Source of the DNA: Squalus acanthias | Taxonomy: Eukaryota | Length of the DNA stretch: 64,000 nt | Direction of reading: 5' to 3' | Assembly (NCBI GenBank): GCA_030390025.1 | Contig: CM059432.1 | Span: forward strand, 95,544,001-95,608,000 | The notes under the pieces: generated by a model | The model's database searches: none | Seen by the model: only the letters and a program-made list of their open reading frames with translations | What the model was told of the DNA's origin: nothing | Part shown: piece by piece, positions 63,910 through 64,000 of the stretch | Layout of the letters: every line of letters begins with the position of its first letter | Position numbering within the stretch: the stretch's first letter is position 1 | Made by a program: the position numbers and the translations under genes

Positions 63910-64000
63910 GTCTGGAAACAACTGGTTTGTGCACAAGTTAAGTTAGCAAAAAAAGTACTTCAGCACCAGCCAGACCACTCCCTGTAGACGATTGAAACTT

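Larger units (their letters stand above)
59853..64000. mobile_element. PIF/Harbinger two-gene element 3 (related to element 1; left end approximate, right end beyond window)
   Basis: Myb-like gene (+) and transposase (-) convergent; shares CTTAAAGGGGAGGT and intron sequence with element 1. Confidence 0.85.

Overview
Repeat-dominated vertebrate genomic DNA, most likely a cartilaginous fish (shark). That assignment is an inference from the repeat content: Deu-domain tRNA SINEs, CR1 and L2 LINEs, Penelope ends and abundant PIF/Harbinger elements. Five Harbinger-type transposase loci are present: two bounded two-gene elements (3614-7599, 11870-16145), a third running off the right edge (~59853-64000), a transposase-core-deleted derivative (51154-54020) and an old split relic (2229-8810). 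There are also Harbinger-like, hAT and pogo/Tigger MITEs. The only clearly intact CDS is a 3-exon, 502-aa Myb/SANT-like helper gene with a heptad-repeat coiled coil (12148-14155). Host-derived sequence is limited to a CpG promoter/first exon (~21530-21697), a few candidate downstream exons and an orphan, frameshifted antisense copy of TPP2 exon 1 (34718-34862). Three observations stand out. (i) Penelope 3' ends carry a minimal hammerhead ribozyme, and two of the three copies were hit by different Harbinger-family elements at the same cleavage triplet with the same asymmetric AAT...ATT junction. (ii) Three divergent ~750-bp MITEs share a position-fixed architecture: CCAAT ~190 bp from one end and an NRF1 palindrome in a hairpin 96-97 bp from the other. 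(iii) Helper genes are retained while transposases are broken or deleted. All calls were made by eye and no searches were run.
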